64,000 nucleotides of DNA from contig NW_021833292.1 of NCBI RefSeq assembly GCF_006345805.1, positions 17,213 through 81,212 on the forward strand, read 5' to 3'. Under the pieces are notes generated by a model. The model saw only the letters and a program-made list of their open reading frames with translations. It was not told the origin of the DNA and did not search any database. The position numbers and the translations under genes are program-made. This DNA comes from Octopus sinensis. Lineage: Eukaryota. This document shows, piece by piece, positions 1 to 12,200 of this stretch. Position 1 is the first letter of the stretch, and each line of letters begins with the position of its first letter.

Positions 1-531
1 AGTTTATCACACACAGAAGCCATAACGAGATTTGAATTCATAACTCAAACATTCTGTACGATTACCGGTCTGGTGTTCATAGAGTTTTTGTGCATTCCAC
101 CTCATTGGATCGGAACTTTCCATTGACCCTGAAAAAGATGAAAGACAAATTTGAGATCGGTAAAATTTGAGCTCAGAGAGCTGAGAGACGGGACAAACGC
201 TGTGAAGATCTAACAAATCTGGCAATTTGCCACTTTTTGATCATAGGTCAAATTGATGAAGATCGATCTGGGATGAAGCAGTGAAAACAACGACGACACC
301 AACAATAACAACAACCACAACGACAACAATAACAATAACAGCAACCACATTTTCAAGCTAATTAGGGATTTCCACGTTGTCGCTCCACATGCTAGAAATA
401 ACAGCTGGAGCTTCTAGATTAAATTATAAATTTCTGTCCTGAAATGAAGGCAATTTTTTTTTTCTGAGCAGTAAAAATGTGTTGTTCGATGGAAATAATA
501 TTGTTCTATATTTGAGAGAGGAGGAATCCTG

Positions 532-710
532 TACATTATTTACATTATTTACATTATTTACATTATTTACATTTGACGGGTATTTATCCTCATCTTATTT
601 GTTGTTAACACAACGTTTCGGCTGATATACCCTGCAGCCTTCATCAAGTGTCTTGGGGAAATTTCGAACCTGGGTTCTCATTGCTAAGGTATTTTTCGAT
701 GTTATTATTA

Positions 711-793
<83 letters not shown>

Positions 794-1122
794 AAGAAGA
801 GCGCCATTGTTATCTAGTGAACGATATTTCGGCATCTTGTTTGTCTTCAAGTGGTTCAAAAAATCTACTTCATTTTGGTTAATATAGAAAGGATTGAGGT
901 AACCCCTCCTGAATATATAGAGTCAAAATTTAAAGAAGAGTGCCATAGTGAACGATTATTATTATTATAATTCATATTATTCATATTACTAATATTATTA
1001 TTATTAGGAATATGTTCCCAAGACACCTGATGAAGGTTGGAGGGTATATCAGCCGAAAAGTTGTGTTGGCAACAAACGAGATGAGGACAACTATCCGTCA
1101 AATGTAAATAATGTAAATAATG
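532..1122. mobile_element. Inverted-repeat (fold-back) mini-element, ~125-bp arms with terminal 9-bp tandem tails; hammerhead-like core in each arm; probably Penelope-like non-autonomous
   Basis: 532-660 is the reverse complement of ~1005-1122. Termini are (ACATTATTT)n and (AATGTAAAT)n. Right arm 1022-1067 reads GACAC-CTGATGA-A-GGTTG...CAGCC-GAAA-AGTT-GTGTT. The interior contains (ATT)n. Confidence 0.75.
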
Positions 1123-1758
1123 GAAATAATACTGTTATATCTCCCAGATCAAACAAGAACATTCAAGAACCTTCCTCAGATTGGACGAACTTATTTACTC
1201 CATAATCTACTAGATCATAGAGGTGACGTATCCATGGAGAATCCGTTTCTTAAAGACGAATAATTTGAACTCAATGCACCGAGAGTTAATATCTTACTTA
1301 ATCAGTGAGCTTTACTTCCGAGTCCTCACCATGTTTATGACAAAAGTAATTGAGATCCGGTGAGAAATTTCTAGCTTTCAATACCAACATTGTATACATA
1401 TTTATCAGTCTGCTATAAAAAGTAGAAAGTCATCATAATAGAAGACAGATAGGTTAATTTACACTGGTAAGTTCCAACGTCTTCTTTAAGTACACGGATA
1501 AAGAAAAAGAAAAGGAAAAACTCAGGTAAATATTCGATGCCTTCTAGTCAACATGATTTAATCTACAATACAAAAATGTCGGAAAGATTTCGTGTAATAA
1601 TGTCTAGTATAATATGACATGTTTAATCAACTTAATAATAAAGCTCATCAAATGTATATGTACATACGCCTCACCGCACGCAAACACTCATGCACTAAAT
1701 GTGTAAACACACACCATGTATATGTGGATGTATGTATATATGTGTATGTGTGTGTGTT

Positions 1759-1797
<39 letters not shown>

Positions 1798-1946
1798 ATG
1801 CATATATATTTACATCCGCATATCTATGTATATAATGTTGACTATAAATATGTACATGCGTATGTGTGGTCATATACATAATTCACATACATATACATAA
1901 AAACATACATGCATACATACATATATATACATATATATACATACAT

Positions 1947-2001
<55 letters not shown>

Positions 2002-2003
2002 CA

Positions 2004-2034
<31 letters not shown>

Positions 2035-2297
2035 ATATAAATATATATATATATATACATATATATACATATATATATATATACGTACATGCATATATCT
2101 CAATATAGAGACACAAATACGAACATAAATATATATATGTATATTATGTATATATACATACATAAATATATATAATATATATATATATAGATATATATAT
2201 ATACGTACATGCATATATCTCAATATAGAGACACAAATACGAACATAAATATATATATGTATATTATGTATATATATACATACATAAATATATATAA

Positions 2298-2333
<36 letters not shown>

Positions 2334-2519
2334 CATTCATACATATACGTGTGATCATCTACATGGTGTGTATGCTCACACACGATTAGAAATGAAGATT
2401 TCTCATTCACATTAGAAATAAAATAACATTTTCACGACTCTCATCAGTTCCTAGCTATTTTCATTATTCTTTTACCTTTTTCGTTTTATATGTTGTTTGT
2501 TTTTCTATCCCTCACACTC

Positions 2520-2574
<55 letters not shown>

Positions 2575-4179
2575 TCCATTATCTTTATATCTCTCTTGTT
2601 AATCACATTCATTCATGTGGACGGTATTCCATGCCAGATCTCTCTGTTGAACTCATACAATTAACAAAAGATTCCAAATCGCGTTCTTATGAATAAAGAA
2701 AAGCATTGAACAAATAAACCAGCAATTGACACAACCGGATCGAAATTAACACACAACAGAATTACAGTTAGTAATGGCACCTATTATGCTAAAACCTCTT
2801 CGCTTTTCACCTAATGGACAGCAAAATTAAGTTCAAATTAAATCTGTCAGTGTCTAATAGTGAACTAAAAGTTCACGTCATCTTCGAATTTATCAAGAAC
2901 ATTCTAGGTTAAACTGCTTCCACTGTTGAGTTACTGAGTTTTATATATTTCTTTATCTTGTTGTCCTACTCGCTTTATTGGTGTTTTTGTTTGATGTTCT
3001 TCTTGTTTAACCTGATGTAAATTTCTATGATAGCTCTATGGTATTCTATTGTTGCTTTTAACAAACAATTATTTCTTTCGTTATAATCATTTTGTTAAGT
3101 ACTAAATAATGTGTAGCAAATGATGAAATGAGGCTTTTAAAAATATTTGTTATCTGTACGGTGTAGCGTAATGGTAACACACATTGGTTGACAGTCAAAT
3201 GAAGTTGGATAGACTTACAACAAATCACTCAGGTGATTGATATTGTTTTAGTGTTTTAATTATATATATAGTAACGTTCTTGCTGTTTCCTAACAGAACC
3301 GCTAGCAAATCAGTATATCATTTGTATGGTATTCTATTATTGCTCTTAACAAAGAAACTATAAGTGCAGTCGCCCGAGTTGTTAAGTAATTTACGTCACA
3401 ACTTCATAGTTTCGGATTTGCCTGCACACCCACCTCTGCGGCAGCACGCTGAACGAATGTGTTTTTTTTCTTTTTTCTTTAATCCCAAACTCGAGTCAAC
3501 TAAAGGCTTGTGAGTGATATTTGCTACAGAGAAAACTTTATATAGAATCCAGTCGGAAATACATTTTCTGTTCTTGACTTAGTGTTTAATCTGTCGCCCC
3601 AATTAAAACCATTACTATTTACTGGAAGACTGTAATGGTATCAAATTTGTTGGAAGCATTCGAAACACGTCTTTTCAACATTTAGTTTTCGATGTACAAA
3701 ATATACCCTAACTGATACCCTTTCTCCCCTAAGCCATCCAAATGAAAATTATTAATATTACCAATTATTAATATTAAGGTAAGGACAGAAACGTTAACTC
3801 GTCGTAAAAAACGCTTAACCGCAATTTTTCCGGCACTTTCCATTCTGAGTTCGAGTCATGTCGAGATTAACTTTGCATTTTCATAAATTTGATTTCGATA
3901 CAGTAACGTACCAGAAAATTACTGGGATTGATGGGATTAACCCTTTCCTTTACAATTGCTGGCCTCGTACCTAAGCCGGGCAAAATGCTTTGCGTTATTT
4001 CGTCCGTCATTACGTTCTGAGTTCAAATTCAGCCGTGGCCGACTTTACCTTTCATCCTTTTTTGAGTCAATAAAATAAGTAATCGTTGAGTACTGGGGTG
4101 AATGTAATTGACTAGTCCTCACCCTCGATATTGCTAGCCTTGTGCCAAAATGTGAAACTATTATTTTTCTTTTTATCTT

Positions 4180-4560
4180 TTAACGTAGGTGCATGGTATG
4201 TGCAGTCTACGGTCACATGCGCTCTTGTTTTCAACAGAAAACAGAGTCATTGATGATTCTGTATGTGACAAGAAAGCAAACTTTTTGCAACACCTCTACT
4301 GAGCACTATTTTCCCGTTTTCTTTATATCTCACTTGATGACTTCTGATACTGGCCCCAAGGATCCAACAATAATTGGCACGATCAGTTTCCACAGTCGTG
4401 CTAACTTGTTTCTAAAGGGATTGTATATGTCTAATTTTTGGACTTCCTCCTTCGCTATTTGTGGGTCAAAGCGACAGAAAATTTCAATTATACAGCACAT
4501 GTGGTTCACCTTGTCTACAGTCACCAGGTCCGACTTGTGATGCTTAAGTACCTGGTCTGT
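4180..4560 (-). mobile_element. 3' fragment of an R4/Dong-type non-LTR retrotransposon (restriction-like endonuclease region), frameshifted
   Basis: ORF 4330-4524 VTVDKVNHMCCIIEIFCRFDPQIAKEEVQKLDIY...LARLWKLIVPIIVGSLG, plus out-of-frame SVEVLQKVCFLVTYRII. This matches the PD-(D/E)xK RLE C-terminus pattern (DK..C.IID..P.D..I..KE.EK..KY..L..LW...P.V.GALG). Confidence 0.7.
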
Positions 4561-5513
4561 CTGGATACGGAAATCCTACAGGATTCTCAGGTCTCCAACT
4601 CCACCACTCTCTGTGGGTTGTGCTCACACCACGTCTTGCATCTCTCTAACCCCAAATTTTCCCATAGTTTCCAAGGCAACACGTGCAGTACCTCACCGTG
4701 TCACTACGCGTTCTGGAAGAATCGTCAGGACGGCGGACAAAATGCTTAGTGGAATTTCCTCCGCCATCAGCTCTGAGTGCAAATGCTGCCGAAGTCAACA
4801 TTACTTTTCATCCTTTCAGTTTCGATTAAATAAGCATTTGTTGAGCACGGGGGTCGATGCAATCGACTTATTAACTCCTCCCAAATTTCAGGCCTTCTGC
4901 TTTAGTAGAAAAGATTATTATTATTGAAAAGAAAAAGAAAAAAAAGAAAGAAAAGTGGTGGGCTGGCAGAATTATCATTAACACTCAAAACAAATCTAAG
5001 AGCTTACGCTTAAAGACCAGATCTCATTAAAATCATGGTTGCAGAGATCCCTCTGGAATCGATAAAATACAATACCAATCAAGTAGTGCGCTCAATTAAA
5101 TCGACTAAACTCGCTCTCCTAAATTTTTAGCTTTTTGCCTATATTAGAAATAATAATTATTATTGCAAGGAATTTTCAGAATCGTAGTATCGAGCAAAAT
5201 ACAATGTATTGGTTCAATATATTGTATTGAACTAATACAACTTAACCTTTCATCCTTTTAGGGTCGATGTAGCAGTCGAGCGTTTGAATAGTTAACCTTG
5301 TGCCTAAATCAGAAATCGTTAAGAAAAGTTGTAAGGCGATGAGATGGCAGACTCGCTAGCATACCGGATAAAATGCCTAGAGGCATTTTCCTCCTATCTC
5401 AACGTAGCGAGTTCAAATTACACCAAAGTCGACTTTGTTTTTCATTCTTTCGACGTCAATAAAAATAAAGTACCAGTCAAGTGAAATTAAGAATAAAGTA
5501 ACAGTCAACTGTG

Positions 5514-5830
5514 AAGGCACATGACTCAGTGGTAAGAGCGTCGAGCCTACGATCATGAGGTTGTGAGTTCGAATCCTGAACCGGGCTGCGTGTTGTGTTC
5601 TTGAGGAAGACACCTTAATTCACGTTGCTCCAGTTCACTCAGCTGTAGAAATGAGTTGCGACGTCAATGGTACCAAGCTGTATCGGCCCCTTTGCCTTTC
5701 CCTTGGATAACACTGGTGGCGTGAAGAGGGGAGGCTGGTATGCATGGGCGACTACTGGTCTTCCATAAACAACCTTGCCCGGACTTGTGCCTGGGAGAGT
5801 AACTTTCTAGGTGAAATCCCACGGTCAGTC
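5514..5830 (+). mobile_element. tRNA-derived SINE (family C), near full length
   Basis: A box TGACTCAGTGG and B box GTTCGAATCC. A central TGTGTTCTTGAGGAAGACAC...CACGTTGCTCCAGTTCACTCAGCTG segment is shared with 19638-19885 and 40728-40955. Confidence 0.8.
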
Positions 5831-6059
5831 ATGACCGAAGGATGTCTCAGCAACCAGTGAATTACTTGAACCGGTGTAATCGTCTTACATTCTCCTTTTA
5901 AATTAATGACTTTGTGCCAAAATATGAAAGACGTATTGAAAAAAGTGTTTTATATTCATTTCTCTCCATTGTTCCTTGTACAAATCTCAGCGGATTTGAT
6001 ATCTCGGTTCCATAACATCCAACGTTGATTTACACTCAATAATTTCCTCGTCTTTAATA

Positions 6060-7023
6060 ATTGGAAGTGCAAGGGAAAATAGTCTACAACCCGGCTACAA
6101 TCATGATAATGATGATGATGATGATGAGGATGATGATGACCAACATCATCATTTTCACTGTCGTCATCATCGTCATCGCTGTTGCCATCATCAATCATCG
6201 TCATCATGATTATCATCATCGTGATCGTCGTCATCATCATCACACGCACCTTTATCTATGGCACATACTAAAATTACGGTGATCATCACACTTGGAGCAT
6301 TACCATCATTAACACCTCTACTACTACTGCTGCTACTAGTAGTAGTAGCAGTAATAGTAGTAGTGGTGGTGGTGCTGGTGGTGGTTGTGGTAGTGGTTTT
6401 GATGGTAGTTTTCATGGTGGTGGTGGTAGTGACGACGGTGGTGGTAGTGGTAGAAGTGGTGGTGGTGGTGGTGGTAGTTTTGATGCTGGTGGTGCTTTTG
6501 ATGGCGGAGGTAGAGGTGGTGATCCTGCTACTACTACTACTAGAACTACTACTACTACTACTATTACTACTAATATTACTAGTAGTAGCATCAAAACTAC
6601 CACCACCGTCACTTCCACAACCGCCGCCATCACCACCACAACCATGAAAGCTACCATCAAAACCACCACCACCGCCACCACTACCACAACCACCATCAGG
6701 ACCACCACCATGAAAACTACCAACACAACCACCACTGCCACCGCAACTACCACCACCACCACCTCTACTACTACTACTACTATCATCAATGTCATCACCA
6801 TTGTTAGTAACAACGTTGAAAAAACCGTGTCGTCTACTACATTGCCAAAACCTGTTACAACTGCATCCACCACAAGCTCGTGGATCAACACACCACCACA
6901 ACCACCACCACCCCTACCACTACCGCCACCACCCCTACCACTACCACCGCCGCCACCACCACCACGACGACGACCACCACCACCACCACCACCACCACTC
7001 CCACCACCACTACGACTACTACG

Positions 7024-7061
<38 letters not shown>

Positions 7062-7308
7062 AAGTCATTAATGCTAAAACAGGTTGTACCATTACGGTAA
7101 GCACCAAAGCAACGAGTGCATGCGCGCACGCACAGACACACACCCCAACATGACCTCCAGTTTTAGTAATCCTACACCTCTGACACTATCCCCAATACCA
7201 CCATGTTTCCCGATACCAACACGACCACGGTTGTCAAGACTAGCGCCAAAACAACAGTCGTCTTACACCGTCGCCAACACTAACAAAATGGTAGAACACC
7301 ACCACCAG

Positions 7309-7339
<31 letters not shown>

Positions 7340-7900
7340 GTTACCACCGACACCGTCACCACCAGTACAGCCACCACTACTACTACTACTACCATCACCA
7401 CCACCATCCACTATGAATACGCTTATTATTACTCCTACCACGACCACCATCAACACTACTACCACGACTACGTCCACCACTACCACGACCACCACTACCA
7501 CCACGACTACTACTACTACTACTAGTACTACAACCACTACAACAACAACAACAACAACAACAACAACTACTACTACTAACTACTACTACTACTACTACTA
7601 CTACTATACTACTACTACTATTACCACCACACGAACAGCACCACCACGAACAACGCTATCTCATCCACCATCACCACCACCACCAGCACTGTCCCCTCCC
7701 AGTACCACCACCGAAAACGCTATCTTCTCCACCACTTCCACCGCCAATACCACCAAGAGCACCAACTCTACCGCCAAAAAAAACACCACTACCGACACAA
7801 ACTAAAAGTCGCTACCACTACCACCACCACCACCACCACTACCACTACCACCACCACCAACACCGTCGCCGCCGCCAACACCTCCACTACTATTGTTACT
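6060..7900. repeat. Degenerate trinucleotide low-complexity block (ATG/GGT/ACT/ACC) with an internal inverted segment
   Basis: GGT/TAG-rich at 6340-6530, switching to ACT/ACC-rich at 6530-7900. Overlapping homopolymeric ORFs on both strands. Confidence 0.85.
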
Positions 7901-8223
7901 AGTAGCAATTCTATCAACGAGAGGGTGTCAGGTGTTATGCTGGTCAAGCTGATCTAGGGGGAATGGAATGTGAACCTGATCTAAAAACAAATGAACTTAA
8001 CTGTCATTCCCTACCCACTACCCCCTAGCACCTATATATACCGGACATCGCTAATTATATAGTCTGTCAAGGAGACTTGACCGTTTCAGCTATTGCTCTA
8101 CCTAGCGCCTATCAATGTTTGTATATGTGTGTGAGTGCTTGTGGATCTCTATAAATATATATATATATAATGTATGTGTATGTGTGTGTGTGTACATATA
8201 TATATATTATATATATATATATA

Positions 8224-8605
8224 TCTTTTACTCTTTTACTTGTTTCAGTCATTTGACTGCGGCCATGCTGGAACACCGCCTTTAATCGAGCAACTCGACC
8301 CCGGGACTTATTCTTTTGTAAGCCCAGTACTTATTCTATCCGCCTCTTTTGCCGAACCGCTAGCTAACGGGGACATGAACAAACCAGCATCGGTTGTCAA
8401 GCAATGCTAGGGGGACAAACACACACACGCATATATATACATATATACGATGGGCTTCTTTCAGTTTCCGTCTACCAAATCCACTCACAAGGCTTTGGTC
8501 GGCCCGAGGCTATAGTAGAAGACACTTGCCCAAGGTGCCACGCAGTGGGACTGAACTCGGAACCATGTGGTTGGTAAGCAAGCTACTTACCACACAGCCA
8601 CTCCT
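8224..8605 (-). mobile_element. tRNA-derived SINE (family A), full length, with internal (CA/TA)n
   Basis: Minus-strand head AGGAGTGGCTGTGTGGTAAG...GGTTCCGAGTTCAGTCCC and 3' tail TGACTGAAACAAGTAAAAGAG. Many homologous copies in the window. Confidence 0.9.
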
Positions 8606-8613
8606 ATATATAT

Positions 8614-8833
8614 AAATTATAAATTAGGGTATCTACGAGATACCACCATGCTGAAAATAGCAGCCATGATCAGGCTCTAAAGCCACCTTAATTTTCCATA
8701 TACCGACACGGAGAGAAAACGAAGAGACAAGATGAAACTAGTAAAAAATTACTGGATAATTCTAGATCCCGGATTTCTGGGTTTCAGAAATTTCAGCATA
8801 GTGGTATCTCGTAGATACCCTAATTTATAATTT
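8614..8833. mobile_element. MITE-like element with ~45-bp terminal inverted repeats
   Basis: AAATTATAAATTAGGGTATCTACGAGATACCACCATGCTGAAA at 8614 is the reverse complement of TTTCAGCATAGTGGTATCTCGTAGATACCCTAATTTATAATTT ending at 8833 (one mismatch). Confidence 0.8.
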
Positions 8834-8931
8834 TGATAATTACTACCTTTCAAGGCTTTTTTTTCCACGCTGGCCTCTTGATAAAATCGTTATTTTATTT
8901 TAAATTAACGACCTCATCCTTATTTATATAA

Positions 8932-8967
<36 letters not shown>

Positions 8968-9194
8968 TGCCATACTAATACATCCACCAACTAATACATA
9001 CTAATACATACTAATACATACACCAACCCTATACATACACACGTCCAGACCTCTCATACGCACTAATACTCTCTCATACACACACACACACACACACACC
9101 CTTATGTTGGAGTAGGTCATTCAACCCTATTATCTCCCCTAATTTCGCTCTCGCGTCTCATGTTTGATCTTGACTTCTGGCCGAAATCAGATCG

Positions 9195-9397
9195 CCATGT
9201 TGATTCGTTAGTTACTGCACGCATTTTTTTCTCTCCTTCTTTCTTTGTTTTTTTCTCTGTGTATCTTTCTGTTGAAGAGCGTAGGCTCGAAACGTTAAAG
9301 ACTTGTTTTATTTATATTCCTGAGCGCCATACTATATACAATTGTTTGTTTGTTTTCCACCTGCCTTCGTCTTTTGTCTATTTTCATAAGCTTCCCG

Positions 9398-9400
<3 letters not shown>
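9195..9400 (+). mobile_element. (TA)n-tailed short element (family D) carrying a minimal type I hammerhead-like motif at 9264-9301
   Basis: TCTTT-CTGTTGA-A-GAGC-GTAG-GCTC-GAAAC-GTT-AAAGA. Homologues at 25762-25970 (+), 50668-50835 (-) and 62010-62097. Confidence 0.7.
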
Positions 9401-9439
<39 letters not shown>

Positions 9440-9548
9440 AAAGCATTAAGATTCAAGTCAATTCCAATGAATTTACTTGAAATGCGGTACTTAACTTAGA
9501 TGCACCAGAAAACTATATGGTGTTAACCATACAGTAAATGTGGGTGAT

Positions 9549-9708
9549 TATAAACGAGAAAGAAGCAACAATAATGGTTAGTTTTTAGTACAATTGTTTC
9601 ATACAAAGTCAGGCTTTATTAAAAGTTGCAACTTTAATAAAGCCTGTCTTTGTATGAAACAATTGTACTAAAAACTAATCCATTCTTGTTGCTTCTTTCT
9701 CGTTTATA
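9549..9708. repeat. 160-bp near-perfect palindrome with no loop, TA-flanked
   Basis: Centre AAAGTTG|CAACTTT; ~80-bp arms with about 4 differences. Confidence 0.9.
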
Positions 9709-9720
9709 TATATATATTAA

Positions 9721-10164
9721 TAAATAAAACATGCATATATATATATACATATATGTACGTACCTACCTCTACATGTATATATACACACATATATGAGTAC
9801 AGGACACCAAAAAAAACGTCGAACACAATGAGAAACGAAAACATAGACACAAAACCAAGGAACTGGACATTTTTCTTAAACAACAAAAAAATAGAGTACA
9901 GGACAAATAACACAAGGAAAAAACCTCTTCTTCAGTCGCCATGGTTTCATCTACTCTACGTTTCGAAGGTGAAGGCGAAGGTGTTATTTGTCCTGTACTC
10001 TATTTTTTATTATTTTAGAAAAATGTCAGTTCCTTGGGTTTGTGTCTATGTTTTCGTTTCTCATGTGTTGTTCAACGTTTTTTTGGTGTCCTGTACTCAT
10101 ATATGCGTGTATATATACATGTAGAGGTAGGTACGTACATATATATATATATTATATATATATA

Positions 10165-10198
<34 letters not shown>

Positions 10199-10210
10199 TA
10201 TGTTTTATTA
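9721..10210. mobile_element. Fold-back element with ~195-bp inverted arms and a 67-bp spacer; partial relative at 62570-62870
   Basis: 9721-9913 is the reverse complement of 9981-10210 (e.g. GAGTACAGGACACCAAAAAAAACG / CGTTTTTTTGGTGTCCTGTACTC). The same left arm and a related spacer occur at 62.6-62.9 kb. Confidence 0.85.
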
Positions 10211-10261
10211 TTATATATTATATGACGGAACGCATGCATCCCTTTCTAAGTAAGATGTTCT

Positions 10262-10319
<58 letters not shown>

Positions 10320-10321
10320 TA

Positions 10322-10353
<32 letters not shown>

Positions 10354-10355
10354 TA

Positions 10356-10502
10356 CGAAAGGCTTCTTACAGTTTCCGTCTACCAAATCCACTCACAAGG
10401 CTTTGGTCGACCCGAAGACACACCTGCCCAAGATGCCACGCAGTGGGACTGAACCCGGGACCATGTGGTTGGTAGCAAGCTACTTACCACACAGCCACTC
10501 CT
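10356..10502 (-). mobile_element. Family A SINE, 5' half only
   Basis: Matches the head half of 8224-8605. Confidence 0.85.
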
Positions 10503-10613
10503 CAATAGGATTTACAATGATATAATGTACCCATGAAAATAATCGTTGGGAACAACTGTAGTGAATTGTTACCTATCCATCGCTTCTTATTCATTTATAC
10601 ATATTATATAATT

Positions 10614-10665
<52 letters not shown>

Positions 10666-10666
<1 letters not shown>

Positions 10667-11143
10667 GCGGTTCGGCCATAGAGACCGATAGAATAAGTAC
10701 TGGGCTTACAAAGAATAAGTCCCGGGGTCGATTTGCTCGACTAAAGGCGGTGCTCCAGCATGGCCGCAGTCAAATGACTGAAACAAGTAAAAGAGAAAAG
10801 AGAATACACCGTGTTTACGTCCTCGTCACTTAGCGGTTCGGCAAAAGAGCCCAATAGAATAAGTACTGGGCTTACAAAAGAATAAGTCCCGGGGTCGATT
10901 TGCTCGACTAAAGGCGGTGCTCCAGCATGGCCGCAGTCAAATGACAAACAAGTAAACGAGAAAAGAGAATACACCGTGTTTAAGTCCCCGTCACATAGCG
11001 GTTCGGCAAAATAGACCGATAGAATAAGTACTGGGCTTACAAAGAATAAGTCCCGGGGTCGATTTGCTCGACTAAAGGCGGTGCTCCAGCATGGCCGCAG
11101 TCAAATGACTGAAACAAGTAAAAGAGTAAAGAGAACACACCGT
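10666..11143 (+). repeat. Three tandem copies (period 165-166 bp) of the family A SINE 3' half
   Basis: AGCGGTTCGG starts at 10666, 10832 and 10997. Each unit ends CAAGTAAA...GAGAA(T/C)ACACCGT. Confidence 0.9.
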
Positions 11144-11639
11144 TTATCGAATACATAAACAAACATCAACAGAAACATAGACACATTTATCAAATGTAAA
11201 GAAGCACGGACAAACACGGAAAAGTATGTACCGTCTTGGAGGTCAGCTGTCTGCTGATATGAATATCATTTTGAAAATGATAGAAAAAGAGAATCATTTT
11301 GGAGAGAGCATCATTTCGAAACCACCAGCTTCTATATTTCAGACTATAAATTCACATTTATTCCAGCAATATTTGGTGCACACACATTTGAGACTCAATA
11401 ACTAAGTGTCAATTTGGATAGGCTATGGTTTTCAGACATGGGAATCCGCCAACTGGTACATTACATATGCAATCTGTAATAGGAACTGTAAAAACATGCA
11501 ATATTTTCCTCAAGTTTAAAATGTGATGTCTTTATTCTCTACGTTGAAACGTTGCAGGGTTGTGTCAATGTTAAAAGCCAGCTCTTTCTTCAGAGAAAGT
11601 ATTTTAATAACACATACATCCATAATACACATGTATATG

Positions 11640-11954
11640 TGCACGTATATATGTTGTGTGTGTATCAATCTACCTATCTATCTATTTATCTATGTATATA
11701 ATATATATATATATATATATATACTATACATAGATAAATAGATAGATAGTAGATTGATACACGGTGGTGGTAGATTGATATATATATTATATATATATAT
11801 ATATAAATAATATATATATTATATAATATATATGTGTGTATGTGTATGTATGTATATATATATATAAATATATATAATATATATATAAATATATATATAT
11901 ATAATATATATATATAAATGTATGTATGTATATATTATATATATAATATATATA

Positions 11955-11985
<31 letters not shown>

Positions 11986-12133
11986 AATATAATAAATATA
12001 TATATATACATATATATGTATAATACTTATATATGTATAGATATAAATACATATATATATATATATGTATGCATATATAATTATATATATATGTATATAC
12101 ATATATATATTTATATATACATGTGTATATATA

Positions 12134-12200
<67 letters not shown>

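Noticed and set aside
2078-2310. ~120-bp tandem duplication inside a (TA)n block
   Set aside because: Ordinary slippage duplication within a microsatellite.
4570-4730. VTTRSGRIVR motif resembling a Gypsy integrase tail
   Set aside because: A single short motif with no upstream integrase, LTR or polypurine tract; the ORF runs into a SINE.
5514-5585. tRNA-like heads here and at 19640, 23990, 40950, 44145 and 53495
   Set aside because: A and B boxes are present but they continue into SINE bodies and lack a proper cloverleaf; these are not tRNA genes.
8720-8750. GAAGA...GAAAC-TA-GTA inside the 8614-8833 element
   Set aside because: Stem III looks hammerhead-like, but there is no CTGA and no stem I or II pairing; too degenerate to count.
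10666-11143. Regularly spaced repeats superficially like a CRISPR array
   Set aside because: Whole units are duplicated with no unique spacers, the sequence is SINE-derived and the context is eukaryotic.
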